Assembly (NCBI RefSeq): GCF_006345805.1
Contig: NC_043003.1
Span: 42,656,001 to 42,720,000, forward strand
Length of the DNA stretch: 64,000 bases
Source: Octopus sinensis
Lineage: Eukaryota
Direction of reading: 5' to 3'
The notes under the pieces are model-generated. The model was not told the origin of the DNA, did not search any database, and saw only the letters and a list, made by a program, of their open reading frames with translations. Of this stretch, positions 27,736-41,725 are shown in pieces. Position 1 is the first letter of the stretch; each line of letters begins with the position of its first letter. The position numbers and the translations under genes were made by a program.

Positions 27736-29482
27736 ATATATATGAATGAATGAATTATTATTATTATTATATTATTATTATTATATATTATTATTATTAT
27801 TATTATTATTAACAGTCGTTGTTCCTTTATAATACCCTTAATCCTTGCAGATGTAGATTCTGTGTCACGTGATGTCAAGTTAGAGTAAAATGCACCCGGT
27901 GACCCCTTTAATCTGCTTGAGCCTTTTAAGCAGATAGTTTTGAAATTATTGCTTAGCTGACAATCTACTTCCTTACTTGCACATACACACGCACGATAAG
28001 CAAGCTTTGACATACACAAATAGCAACACGCCAACACACGCACTTACATACATACACACACATACACACACACACACTCTCTCTCTCTCTCTCATCCCTC
28101 ACACAAGCACGCATAAATTCAAGGCAACAGGCACATTCTATAGAAACGTAAACGGACCATTAACACATGTTTCTACTAAATAAATTGCAACCATATATAC
28201 ACACGCATATACAAGTGAGATACATTAAGAATAAAGAGTTCAAAAAGAGAAAAGTTTATTGTTGTGATTCGTATTGTGGTTACTGTCGTTTCCAGCTTCA
28301 GTTAAGCATGATTGAGGAAACATATGATTAAAGACAATCCGATAATGACCATCCTGTTTTACCGAATATGAAGAGGAACACAAGAATGCATTTTCTAACG
28401 TCCACCGATTTTTCCCTAAAGAATCCTGGTGCAATTATAGAGTGATCTACTGGCTATTTCTAGTAGGACTAGTGAGGTAAAGCGAGAAATATATTATTAC
28501 AAGTTGATTAAAGTAACTGATCAGATTCTACTAAAGGCACGTGAGGCCTTGAGAATCGTGGGCAACAGGGTTAAGGTTTATGTTTATTATGCAAGAGGAG
28601 TTGCAGTTACTTTAAACATGTTTCCGAAATTCTTCGGTTTATTCATTTTCATTTGAAAGATATGGCGAAAGCGGGACTACCTGAATGCGAAACAATTTTT
28701 TAAAATAATTTTTAAAGTACAAGACATACAAATCCGGCTGAAAAAAAAATGTAATATATGAAAGCGATGTTCATGTTTCGGGGAATAATTTGAAATTGTT
28801 ACACCAGATAAATATAAAGCCAAGAAAAGTGTTTGGTTGAACTCTACAGTTCATTCGAGTTTCTGTAGAGAAATTCTATAGTTCAATATATACATGCGAC
28901 TGACGATGGGATATCTTCAGAGGGTAGTCTCTTCGGCTTACGGTAAAGCAACTTCGCAGGAATTACCTGCTCTTCGTATGGGATTTAGAAAAGAGTTTTG
29001 TTTGTTGAAAGGACGCCATTCCTTTTATCATGGCTGTACTCAGTTTATTACCCATTTGTTCTCACTTACATGCTTATTTGTTATTTTCATTTAAAACAAT
29101 ATTAGCACATTTCATCATATTCTACTAGCGGAAACTTCAGTTATATGGCTTAGAAATATTGAAAATATACTGAGTTTGAAAAGTGGTATGATGGATGATA
29201 GGGGATGAATCGCAAAGCTGGTGATACTTCAGGATTTAAAAGTTTTGCTATGTGGCAAAAACCCTTCATGGAAGACGCGGTGTTATAAATTTTCACTACC
29301 TAGAAGTGCAGACTGATTTCGCTTAACTTCAGTTCAGATAAGAGTTGTCTAATATCAATCATATACATATAAGCACATATAAATTATATTAAGATGCATA
29401 TATAAATTGCACACATGCACAAGCACATATGTACCTATGTATATTTATGTGTATATATGCGTGTATATATATATATATATAT

Positions 29483-29867
29483 TCTCTCTTTTTACTCTTT
29501 TACTTGTTTCAGTCATTTGGCAGTGGCCATGCTGGAGCACTTTAGTCGAGTAAATCGACCCCAGGACTTATTCTTTGGAAGCCTAGTACTTATTCTATCA
29601 GCCTCTTTTACCTAAAAGCTACGTTACGGGGACGTAAACACACCAGCATCGATTGTCAAGCGATGTTGGTGATGGTGGGGGACAAACACAGACACACAAA
29701 CACATACACATATATATAGATAGATATATACGACAGACTTCTTTCAGTTTCCTTCTTCCAGATCCACTCAAAAGGCTTTGGTCGGCCCGAGGTTTTAGTA
29801 GAAGACAATTGCCCAAGGTGCCACGCAGTGGGACTGAAACCTGAACCACACAACCACTCCTACGCCT
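29483..29867 (-). mobile_element. SINE family A
   Basis: Homologous to 6297-6697, small deletion in the head. Confidence 0.9.
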
Positions 29868-30329
29868 ATATATATGTATATATATGTACATATGATTAAA
29901 CAAACACATACACACTGTCACCTCTCTCTCTCTTTCTCCTCTTTCTCTCTATCTCCTTTGTTTCTCTTTCTCCCCCTCTCTCTCTGTTTCTCTTTCTCTC
30001 CTGTATCTCACTTCCACTCTTCTCCCTGATTCTTCACTCACTCTTTCTTCGTATGTGTTCCTCCCGTTTCGTCCTTCCTTATTTCTCCTCTTCTTTGCAA
30101 GACTTTTTTGGCACCACGGGACCACCCTTTCCTATTTGAGCAGTAATATATTTAGTCGCGTTCGCGTGGGCTCTCGCCTTAGCTTTTTCTCTCAACCATG
30201 AGTTCCTCTTATTTTTCCATCATTCCTTCTATCCTTTTCTCTATGTGTCTCTACTTTCCTCTTCAAGTACTGTAGGACGTTTTCCGTTAGCAATACTTCT
30301 GTGCATGTCATGTCTCAAGCTGTCTCATT

Positions 30330-30374
<45 letters not shown>

Positions 30375-30402
30375 ATCACTCACTCACTCATACTCTCTCT
30401 CT

Positions 30403-30436
<34 letters not shown>

Positions 30437-30521
30437 ACAAATGTAGGATAAAATTTTTTTCGTAAAAAAATGTTATCAATGGCCAGCATATCAAAAATAC
30501 CTTTAAAGGTTAAGTTTATAA

Positions 30522-30903
30522 ATAACTTATAAAATAAGGGCAAAAGAAAAATTCTAATGCCAAATATGCCGAAAAAAGACAAAATTGTCAATAACCATTA
30601 TAATTTATGCGTCTCGAAACAAGCCGATAGAAATTTCTGAAAAAATCCGTTATTACCGTATTGGTCCCAATTTCGGGGTTAATTCATAAAATTTTTCCCC
30701 TCCTCAGCGATAAATACTAAGACATAAATGAAATACTTACTCATACCAATGGAAAAAGCAAGCACTAAGTCCTGAGCAGACCTAAGTACCACAAATATAT
30801 CCACAATAGAAAGTCTTCGGCACATATCGAGACACGTGTGATTCGAACTTGAAACTTTCACAAAGTGGCATTAGAATTTTTCTTTTGCCCTTATTTTATA
30901 AGT

Positions 30904-30906
<3 letters not shown>
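30522..30906. mobile_element. MITE-like element with 41-bp perfect inverted repeats
   Basis: ataacttataaaataagggcaaaagaaaaattctaatgcca (30522-30562) and its exact reverse complement (30866-30906). Confidence 0.75.
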
Positions 30907-30962
<56 letters not shown>

Positions 30963-31721
30963 TTGTGTGTATATAGCAACTACTTGTGTCGTTTTCATCG
31001 TCTTGGTCCTTCTATCGTAGCTCTTCGCTTATTTATGTTTCCGCCACCGTCCTTACGTTCGCTCACTTAACCTAGTATCTTTTCTGCAGTTTGTTGACGC
31101 CACCAAAATGTACTATCTTAGCGACAGAGGGTCGATATTCTGATGATTTGGAGCCGACAGCTGATGTGATTAACATGTTCGTGTCTTGCGTAATTTTCTT
31201 TCTATTCCATTGTCGTTCTTCTCTGCAGTTTTTTTTTTACTCTGCATATACACCTCGGTTGTCTTACGAATCCGAGAAAGATGACTCCAACCATGATTTC
31301 TTTACAGTGATCGAAAGTTTGTGCAGTCCATGAGCTCACTCACTCCATCAAATTAACATTACCTATACAGGTCAACGTTCTGTCGCAATTTAGTTCTCGA
31401 AGTATTTGCAGTGCAATTTGATATGAAGAGTTTTGCTCAAGAACACAACGCACCGCCGGGTCCAGAGAGCGAATAGTGGGAGAAAAACATACAGAATGCA
31501 ATATTGAAATGATTATCTTACCAACATCATTAGCTAATGAAGTTCATAAGATAATTATTTATTCTATCTACATCAGTTTTTGTTTCTTATTACTGCTCTG
31601 TACCTCAATAACGCCTCGTTCAGAACCCTACGTATATTCAGTTCTACACTAAGTTATTAGTTTCGCAATACCTAAGTGAAATATCTATCTATCTCTCTAC
31701 CTACCTACCTACCTATCTATC

Positions 31722-31878
31722 TTTTTCTTTTTTTTCTTTTTTTTTTGTTCTTTTTTCCCTTTTACGATCCCTTTTGATCGAAAACCTACGTCACCTTTTT
31801 TTTTTCTCCCCCAAAAGAAAAGCTCTACCTTGTAACTTGTCCCATCTGTGTGCAGCCCTGTGTGGCCAATAAAGAAAC
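31722..31878 (+). mobile_element. Tx1-like LINE extreme 3' end (copy 2)
   Basis: aaagctctacctt..atctgtgtgcagccctgtgtggccaataaagaaac, then (ATCT)n; (ATCT)/(ACCT) repeat on the 5' side. Confidence 0.8.
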
Positions 31879-31947
<69 letters not shown>

Positions 31948-32083
31948 CATCCATCAATCCATCCCTCTCTCCATCCATCCATACATCCATCCATACATCC
32001 ATCCATTATCTATCTATCATCTATCTATCTATCATCTATCTATCTATCTATCTATCTATCTATACTATATATATATATATATC

Positions 32084-32114
<31 letters not shown>

Positions 32115-32653
32115 TGTGTGTGTGTTGTGTGTGTGTGAGTGTGAGTGATAAAGTAGAACGTACATAAATGCAAACATACACCAATAAATACATGCATACA
32201 TACATACATACATACATACATACATACATACATAGATACACACATACATACATAACATAACATAACAATATACATAACATATATACATACATACATGCAT
32301 ACATACATAAAAACTATGGTCGAAATAAAAAAAGAAATGAAAGCTATAACAAAAACGCCGTATTCATATACCACCAAGATAACGTGAAGTCTTTCAAGTT
32401 TTCAGAATTTCGTATATATAAGGCTACAACTACTGAAAACTCACACGTAACAAATAATACATTTAATATCTCTTTCTTGCCAAAATCGTATTACTGACCA
32501 GCAAAACTGTCAGCTTTATTCGACTGTTTCCTTACATCTATCACAGCGAACAGGAGGTGCAAACACGCACATCATTAAAACATGGGTATATGTCTGCATT
32601 CGTAATATGGCGGATTAGTATCTCAACATATGCATGTATATGTCGATATATGC

Positions 32654-32714
<61 letters not shown>

Positions 32715-32952
32715 ATTATATATATATATTTATATAGGCTCAAGAACACGCATAGAAGCTTACAATATCTGTCTATGTCAGTCTGGCTGTCCGTCTGTCA
32801 GTCTGTCTGTTTGCCTGTCTGTCGTCTATCTATCTATCTATCTAAATGTCTACTTCTAACGGTCTGTGCATACATTTATACTTATATGTAGATATACATA
32901 CGTACACATACTCTCACATACAACAGACACACACATACATACATACATTTTA

Positions 32953-32996
<44 letters not shown>

Positions 32997-33234
32997 CTGT
33001 CATACAGACGTAAGACGTCGGTGTGGGAGCTTGTGCATTTTGTGTACATTTGCTCATTTGTTCGTGTATTTGCATGTTCTTTTACCTATTTTGAAGGTAT
33101 ACATTGAAATATACACACCATACATCCATACATACACCGTTGTTTATATATATATATATATATGTGTGTATATATATATACGTAGTAGAATGATACATAA
33201 AAAGTTCTTGCGCCAGCCGCTAAGGCTTTTTTTT

Positions 33235-33375
33235 AATTCTCTGTTTATTTTCTCGTGTTCCTTTCTGTTGAAGGGCGTACGCTCGAAACGTTAAACACTT
33301 ACTCACCCTCCCGATCATTAAACTAATACAGCTGTTTGTTGTTTATACACCTGCCTTCGTCGTTTGTTTTTTTGT
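33235..33375 (+). mobile_element. Penelope-like terminal-repeat remnant
   Basis: Homologue of 5095-5270 (gttgaagggcgtacgctcgaaacg..aaactaatacagctgtttgttgttta). Confidence 0.55.
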
Positions 33376-33492
33376 AAATTGCAAGTACACACACATATAT
33401 ATTTATTTATATATAATATATATGCACTCCAACAATTATATATACATGCACAAGTACATTTCTATCTATCTATCTATATATCTATCTATCAG

Positions 33493-33550
<58 letters not shown>

Positions 33551-33614
33551 ATAATATATATATATATTATATATATATATATATTATATAATATATATAT
33601 ATATAATATATAAT

Positions 33615-34365
33615 AAACCTTTACATAAATAAATAACGTGAAATACACGAAGGGACGAACATAAAAGACAAACGGGTCATTCAAAGCCTTCGTTCTTCAG
33701 TCAGAAACTGATTCCTCATCGCAGATTTCGGCTGTTTAATTCTGAGATCCGCTCTGAATCAGCCAGCCACAGAAGGAAAGAATGCAACGCAACAGAGACG
33801 AACATGAAACGAAAAAAAACTTTTTGGGAGACAGTAGACAGTAACGGTAAAAACATGGATGGACACAGGCGCCCTACGGCTTGAGACAAAAGGAGACACA
33901 AAAACAATATCAGCAAGCGTGGAAAATAATTACCTTTTCGGTGATGAGACACATGTTGAACAAGCGGCCGATTGGCAACAGAATGGCTGAGGCAGCAAGT
34001 CGCAAGAGGGTAAGAGAGAGAAGGGGGTAAGAGAGAGAGGGGACCAAGGAGGGTGGAAGGCGAGGACATTATCAGTGACCAAGAGGAGAGAGGGAGAGAA
34101 GGAATCAGAGAGGCTGGGAGAAAAAGGCGCCAAAACAATTTGGCAATGAAGCAATGGCGAAGGAAGAAAAAAGTTTAAAGCATCGTGCAGGGGTGTGATA
34201 TGAAAACATAAAGAAATTATTAAAGAACTACGCTGCGAAATATATAAAAACCTTTACATAAATAAATAACGTGAAATACACGAAGGGAAGAACATAAAAG
34301 ACCAAACGGGTCATTCAAAGCCTTCTTTCTTCAGTCAGAAACTGATTCCTCATCGCAGATTTCGG
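33615..34365 (-). mobile_element. 750-bp non-coding element bounded by 117-bp direct repeats (Penelope pseudo-LTR-like or TRIM-like)
   Basis: 33615-33731 and 34248-34365 differ at only a few positions; 516-bp non-coding interior. Confidence 0.75.
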
Positions 34366-34430
34366 TGCTGTTATATTATATATATATATATCTATAATAT
34401 ATGCTATATATATATATATATAATATAAAT

Positions 34431-34489
<59 letters not shown>

Positions 34490-34530
34490 TATATTATATA
34501 TATATTGATTGATTGACTGATTGATAGATG

Positions 34531-34568
<38 letters not shown>

Positions 34569-34672
34569 GCAGACAGGAAGACAGGACAGACAGACAGATT
34601 GATAGATAGATAAATAACGATAGATGATAGATAGATAGATAGATAGAAAGATAGATAGTAGAAGATAGGGGG

Positions 34673-34720
<48 letters not shown>

Positions 34721-36605
34721 GTTTCTTTATTAGCCACACAGGGCCACCGGACTGCACACAGATACAAGCAAAATTAAGGTAGAGCTTTCTTTGAAGGTTT
34801 AAAAAAAAAAGGGAAGGGGGAGTTTCGATCAAAAGGGATCGTATAAAAGGAGAGAAAGAGGACAAAAAATAGGGGGGGTGAGGTTAAAAAAAAGGGGGGG
34901 GGAGAGAGGAAAAAAATTGATCAATAGGGATCGTATATCACAGAAATGTCAATAGTGAAGTGTAAAAGGGGAGGACAGGTGAGGTGTTACCCGTGGAAAG
35001 AAACGCCTACGGAAAGACCACGGTAACCTCGGTCAATGAAGTCATTCATACGTGCCACTTCTTGCTACATTCACCAATCTTTTTTTAAAACATTCGCCTA
35101 GACAAAACTTGCCCTCTCTACTCTCACCTTTCCTTTTCAAGTATTGGTACTTGAGAAGTTGAGAGAGGCTGACTCACAGGAAGTGTTGTTTCCCTTTCAG
35201 ACCGATTCCACCAGAAACATTATGTTCGTCCTTTCAGAGCTCCACAAGGATGATGAAAGATAGCTAATTCCTTCCCCGTTGAAGGAAGGAGAGGCGTGAC
35301 AATATTGACGATAGACTCAGCTGATAAAACCGACTCGTCCACACACGATGACAGCAAGTGGTCGAATAAGCCCACAGGTCGGAAATTGTTGGACACTGAA
35401 CCGCATCTGAACCGCATATCGGGCAGGTCGGCCCCGTGTGCTTCGAGCCGTGTCTGTAGAGCTATCCCGAAAAGGGGTTAGCGCTTCTCGGTAGCACTGC
35501 CAGGCCAGGGATCTCTGGAAGTTGTCCATGGGCCCTGGCCCGAAAGTCGTCCTGAACAGGCGGGTCAGGTACTCCTCGTCGACGTCCAGGTTCGCCCGAG
35601 CTCGTCGTCGTACCTCCCCTCCACTAAACCCCTATAGAATGCTTTGGTTGTGTGAAGTCACTTAAGGTCGACCCAGGACGGCAGAGTTGCTTGAGAGCAA
35701 CGCGACACTCGCGGTGCCATTCGCCCTTCCTCGGCCTCTTTTTGATCCACGACTGCAGTTCGGTCATGGAGACGAGGCGGGAAAGCGTGCCTCACAAACG
35801 GCGACCACACCTGTTCACCGTCGTCTACATAGAGCCAGAGATGTCGCAGTCTCAGCGCGTGTCTGCGCATCATCAACCACGGCATGCCCAGCCCTCCTTT
35901 TAACGGGTGTTGACAGCAAATGGATCGCCTGACCATCGGGACGCATCCTTTCCACAAGAAGCGAAAGAGGATGCGTTGTAGTTTGGTGATGGTAGGGTCG
36001 GGGACAAGGTACGACGGTCAGGCGGTAGTAGATGACGGACGCGATGTACGTGTTCGCCACCTCGCTCGACCTTTTAGGGACAGTTTCCTCTCGCGCCATT
36101 GCCGGGCGAGAGTGACCACCCTACTCGTTATCTCGTTCCAGTTCTTCTCCAATTGGAGGTCCGGACCAAACCAAGACCCCGAGCAACTCAACGGGCCGTC
36201 GGTCCAGCGTCCCACGACGGAGGCGCTGGTGGACGGCATGGGCTTGCTTCTCCAGGTGCTAGTCGCAAGCCCACTGACTTTTCCCGGTTGATTTCGCTCC
36301 TGTCACCGCTTCGTAGTTTTTCAGTGTCTCGCCGACCAGCTCGATGTGCTCGTGGCTAGACACTATGACGTGACGTCGTCCGCGTATGCAGACACGCTCG
36401 TCCCGCATCCCAATTCTCGCGGGATGCCCCCTTAGAGTCGCCAGCTTCCGCAGTAGTGGCTCAAGAGTCAATACGTATAGAAGACGCCGAGAGGGGCATC
36501 CCTGACGGACCGAACGTGCAATGTCGAAAGGTCTCGATAGATGTCCATTTACGCGAATTACCGAACGGATGCCTACTGTACAGGAGCTATCCAGCCGCGG
36601 AAGAC
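34721..36605 (-). mobile_element. Tx1/L1-clade LINE, 5'-truncated (RT C-terminal half plus 3' UTR; copy 3)
   Basis: IRVNGHLSRPFDIARSVRQGCP..LYVLTLEPLLRKL; WFGPDLQLEKNW; RKLSLKGR; HPLKGGLGMP; frameshifted; (GATA)n at both junctions. Confidence 0.92.
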
Positions 36606-36721
36606 TAGATAGATAGATAGATAGATAGATAGATATAGATAGATATAGGTGCTCGCGCGCGTATGTGCATGCTTGTGCGTGCTTGTGCGTGTGTTTGAGT
36701 ATTTGCATGTGTACAGCATAC

Positions 36722-36796
36722 AGAGAATCGTTTCAGCGTGTGCCCAGTAAGGAAATAGGTCGAAATCAGTCTTGATAAAATCGTTTAAACACCAAC
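36722..36796 (-). CDS. Candidate internal coding exon of an unidentified host gene (75 nt, phase 1-1): (G)WCLNDFIKTDFDLFPYWAHAETIL
   Basis: Acceptor ctttgtctttttcag, donor CT/gtatgc; only one open frame, and it matches the phase of the exon at 37355-37471. Confidence 0.5.
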
Positions 36797-37354
36797 CTGA
36801 AAAAGACAAAGATTGACTAGTCTATTTAGAATTAGACATTAATTTGGTCAATTTGTACTCTTGGAACTGTTCCATGGCATTACTTCTAGCAGAGATTATA
36901 GAGAACCTGCATATGGCTTTGAAATGAATGGTTCATAGTGGTGATAGTCGATGTGTGACAAGAATTTATTGGAATTTTATTGTTATATTGCTTCATTTTT
37001 TTAAAAATATTTCTTATCGTCTGCCAAATGAACAACTTTTTGGCTTGTGTTTCGTTACTGTTGTAATTGTTGCTGTTGATGGATAGACTATGTTGTAGTT
37101 TCCACATCATTCTATGCTCTGATGTATTGTATGCGCAGGTATTTATCACATATATGTACGTAAGTATGTATGCATGTATGCATGTATATATGTATGTATA
37201 CACGCATGTATGTGTGTATGTGTGTGTGCGTGTGTGTGTGTGTATGTGTGTGTGTACATGTAGGTTTGTAGGTTGGCATGTATATCCGACGTCAATGGCG
37301 GATATCTATGTTTTGTTATCCTTTTACCCCACCGGCCCCGTATACTCCACTCAC

Positions 37355-37471
37355 CTCGAAACGAACCATTCTCATTCACTTTGAGGGCACGGTGTCGCTC
37401 CTTGTCTGTCTGTGCTATTAAGTGTATTGTCACACTCGACGTTCTGAAGAGACGTTTCCTAGTGTGCCATC
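37355..37471 (-). CDS. Candidate internal coding exon of an unidentified host gene (117 nt, phase 1-1): WHTRKRLFRTSSVTIHLIAQTDKERHRALKVNENGSFR
   Basis: Acceptor gttacccacag, consensus donor GAG/gtgagt; only one open frame. Confidence 0.5.
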
Positions 37472-38427
37472 CTGTGGGTAACGGACTTATTAAACAAAAC
37501 ACATAGACTTTGCATGTGCTATCGATAATATGTGTCAGCGCTGGAGTTACCATTAAGCAAAATAATTTTGTACTTAGAGTATCAAGGAAAGAAAGGTGCA
37601 ATACAGAAATGGTAAATGGTTTACGGTACAAAAGAAATCACTTTAAACTTGCTAAAATAATATTCTGGATGTCTTTATCCCATTAAGTATAGATGCAGAT
37701 ATGTTATCTAAAATTAATGTTGAGGATCTGATAAAAAAAACTTTGCAATTAAAAAAAGTAGGAAGAAACTTTTTCAAATATAAATAAAGTGGAAGTATAC
37801 AATAATTTACATTTATTTTCCCTCTTACTGTTTTTGTCTCGTTTTGAAAAATAGAGATTCATTTTATGATTTGTTATTGTTTATATTTTGAATTATATAA
37901 TCTTTTACGGGGGCATCAAAATCTTTTAAATGCTTAGGGCCTCGATGGGTCTTCATCCGGCCCTGATATATATTACATACGTGCACATTAAGTATATTAC
38001 ATATAATCGTTCTCCTAAAAGGGCCTCAACAAAATGAACACTCTCAAAAGTGCAACACTAGAGAGAAATTTATGTAGAGATACTTTAATCTCCCGTTTGT
38101 TGATTGATTTTCAAATTGTTTGAAACCGGATAAATATTTCTCATTCACAAAGTAGTCGCTGAAGCATTACAAACTTGCATAAGCCAACTATGCACACAAA
38201 CAAGTTATTTTTACTTAGTCTTTGGTAACCATCCTCGCCCGAGACATAAGAGCTCGGTTGTGAATGTCTCACGTAAAATTATGAAACAGTACACTGTAAT
38301 CTCAGCTTGTAGCATTCTTAGACAAACACAGCACACTGACATTTCACCTCTTTGACGACATGATTTTGTACAAAGCAAACAAACATATTGCATTAGGTAG
38401 TGGGTAGCGATTTTCTTCATTACTTCA

Positions 38428-38740
38428 GGGAGTGACTACCCTGCCTGACATGAGTCCCGGGCTCAGCTGGCTCCTGCTGACAGTACTCGGTATTGGCCCC
38501 TGTCAAGACTACGAAAAGGGACAACCTTCAAAGAAATCGAGAGTGGAGCCCCGTAGGTGGTTTAGTGTTCAACTCGACACTCTTCTGGCAGATCCTGCAA
38601 CCAAGCTGTTGCCAAACGTAATGCTCTGCACTCCTTTGGACTACGTTAGCAAGGTTGAGAGAGGAATCCTGATGATTGGGCTACCCAGGATTTTCTTACA
38701 TCTAGCCCAGACCTGCGCAAAACTGGAGAGGACATGAAAT
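38428..38740 (+). mobile_element. Probable RTE-type 5' UTR fragment
   Basis: GC-richer island (gactaccctgcctgac..gagccccgtaggtggtttagtg) resembling RTE 5' UTRs from memory only. Confidence 0.35.
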
Positions 38741-39274
38741 GAAAAATACAGACTGGATTAGTTTATGCGCAACTCCGTTGTCTCCCGAGACAATGTGCAT
38801 TTATGTGTGTCTCCCGAGACAAAAGGATACCAACAATTGCATGTCAACGAGGCTTTCATCTACAGACACACACATGCACACACAAACGCACGCGGACACA
38901 CATAAATGCACATACACACTCACTCTTGATTGACGATATATGTAGCGCGAATGCTGTCGTTATATAACACTTAGTAGGTAAGACACTGTGCGGGTCTTGC
39001 CACGTTTGAACATTATGTACCATGTTCTGTACACTAAAGAGCTTCTACCAAACCTTCGCTTAGATATCCGTTGTCCATGCAGCATTATATGTTACTTTTT
39101 TGTGGAAAATGAATGAGCCCAAACGCAAAATATTTTGCTGCCTCTGAGTATTATCGATTCCAATTTTTGATTGGTAAAGTTTATAGATTCTGAGCGTAAA
39201 GAAAAATAATTCGACGCACCGTATAAAAGTGCAAGGACTCGCACACACACAAACTATATATAGGCTTGTGCACT

Positions 39275-39313
<39 letters not shown>

Positions 39314-39577
39314 GTATGAGGGGGGGATATGTGTATATGCATTTATGAGCACGCATATTTATATATATGTATGTAATAATGTGTGTGCGAATGTTTATTC
39401 TCCGGACATGATCTCAAGATTCTAAAGGACACATCTGCATAAATATTTAGGTCTGTGCGTTTCCGTTGCCAGCAGAAGAAAGACTCGAAAGAGAAAGGAA
39501 GGTATATACGTAAGACCAATACCGGAAAATGTCGACAGCCACATACGAGATTTGTACATCATGTGTGTGAGTGCATC

Positions 39578-39618
<41 letters not shown>

Positions 39619-39882
39619 ATGTGTGTGTGTGTGTGTGTGTGTGAGCGCACATATATATGTGTGTGTGTGTGAGCGCATATATATGTGTGTGTGTGTATGT
39701 GAGCGTATTTACATATATATGTGTGTGTATGCATAAGTAAATTTATGTATGTGTGTCATACGCATTTATAGATATGTGTATATACGCTTATATGCATATA
39801 TATATATATACATATGTATTTATATATATATGGATGTATATATATATACATGCATACATATTTATATATATATATATACATG

Positions 39883-39917
<35 letters not shown>

Positions 39918-40864
39918 TGTGTGTATATATGTATACGTATATGTACACACATATTTATATATATATGCATACATATATATATATACATATATACATATAT
40001 ACATATATATATGTATATGCATACATATATATATATATACATATACACAGAAACGTTCACGCACGCGCACACACTCACATACACACACACACATATAAAC
40101 ATATGTAGTGTGGAAACAAAATGACATGTCGAATGAAAAGGATATGACGTTTGAAATGAAAATCGACTAACGATTTAATTTCCCTTGTATTCAAAACTGG
40201 TCACTTAACTTTAAAAAAAAACACACACCCACACACAAAAAAAAAAAACAATTATATACCATTGTGCGTTTGAAACTGAATCTGAAAGTCTTCCTGTCAT
40301 TTTATTCTTATATTCTATTGATAGAAGCCAAATTTTGACGTACGCATTATGCTTTACCATTCAGTTACCAACTACCTAGACGCCAGTGTCAGTTGAAACG
40401 ATTTAAAGAAAATAGAACGGAGATTGTGCTGCAGAACACCTGTATGTATATCTCTTTGTATATATGTATGTATATACGCATATATATATGTGTATATATA
40501 TTATGAATATATGTATCTAACACACACACACACGCATACAGACTCATGTGTAAATGCATGTATACATGTGCGTGTCTATGATACATGTACATATGTGTAT
40601 GTATACTTTTATGTCAGGTGTGTGAGTCTATGTGCGCATGCGTGTGTGTAAGCATATATATGTGCATAAATAAGTAGGTACGTGCCGTGAGTAAATACTC
40701 AGGGTATATAGTAGCTGTCAATTAAGTAAATCTGCACGTTAATGGTTTGTGTATGAGACAAAGTGTAAAAACATTTTGACTAAAAATGCAAAAATATTTG
40801 ACTGTAAAAATAGAAATATTTTCCAGTAAAAATTTTTTTTTACATATATAAGAAAAACTTAAAA

Positions 40865-41725
40865 TTTTTCCAAAGAAACGGCCTCAGGAAGCTACAAGAT
40901 TAGACCCCTCTTCCAAAAGGACGGCTCTCTTACAGGAAACCGATAAAGATAAGTGGTATATTGAACGAACAGTTCGAAACGTTTTCATTACCCTTTTAGG
41001 ACACATGCAAGTGAATAAGCCAGAGGAATTCTTTGTCACTATACCTCTAACAAAGGAGGCGGTAATAGCTGATTACATCGACATCAAATAAGATATAATA
41101 CTGGCCATATATTAGGTATGCGGAAACTCAACTACAGGCTTTGATGGCTTGCCAGTAATTCTGCTCAAATCAAGCAAAAGAGCCTTTGCTAAACCACTAC
41201 AGCTTCTCCTTCAGAGCTCCCTTACAAGTGATAAGCTCCCAGGGAAATTGAAGGAGGAAGTAATATGCCCTATTTATAAAGGGGTAAGTAGAACAGGTAG
41301 TAAGATTTACAGGTCTATCTCGCTGACCTCACACATCAGCAAAGTCATGGAACGAAGAGAACGAAGGAAACTAATTGTGTTCCTTGGAGAGAATGCTTTC
41401 TCAGCTGCTCAGCCACACTTGCTAGAGCTGTGTAGACGATACTAAAATCTCTCAGAGGATACCGAGCCATGGAGAAATTTTGCATCTGTCACAGGAGTTG
41501 AAAAAGTTTAAGACTCTACTGTCTAGAACGAAGGCGAGAAGGTTATGCAATGATACTGTACAAATCTGGAAAATCCTGGAAAGACGTACCAAACGTTGGC
41601 ACTGAAAGATACACAAACAGCAAAACGGGACGCCATTGCATAATACCAGAGATACCAACACTACTATCATTGTACCAGACCAGTTACTACAACAGCTTGG
41701 GTTGTAAGGGCCTACAACTCTTCAG
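40865..41725 (+). mobile_element. CR1/L2-group LINE fragments with an internal deletion
   Basis: GFDGLPVILLK..KPLQLL..ICPIYKG..YRSISLTSHISKVMER; the 3' part (RLYCLERRR..GRHCIIP..YYNSLGCKGLQLF) matches 62740-64000. Confidence 0.85.
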
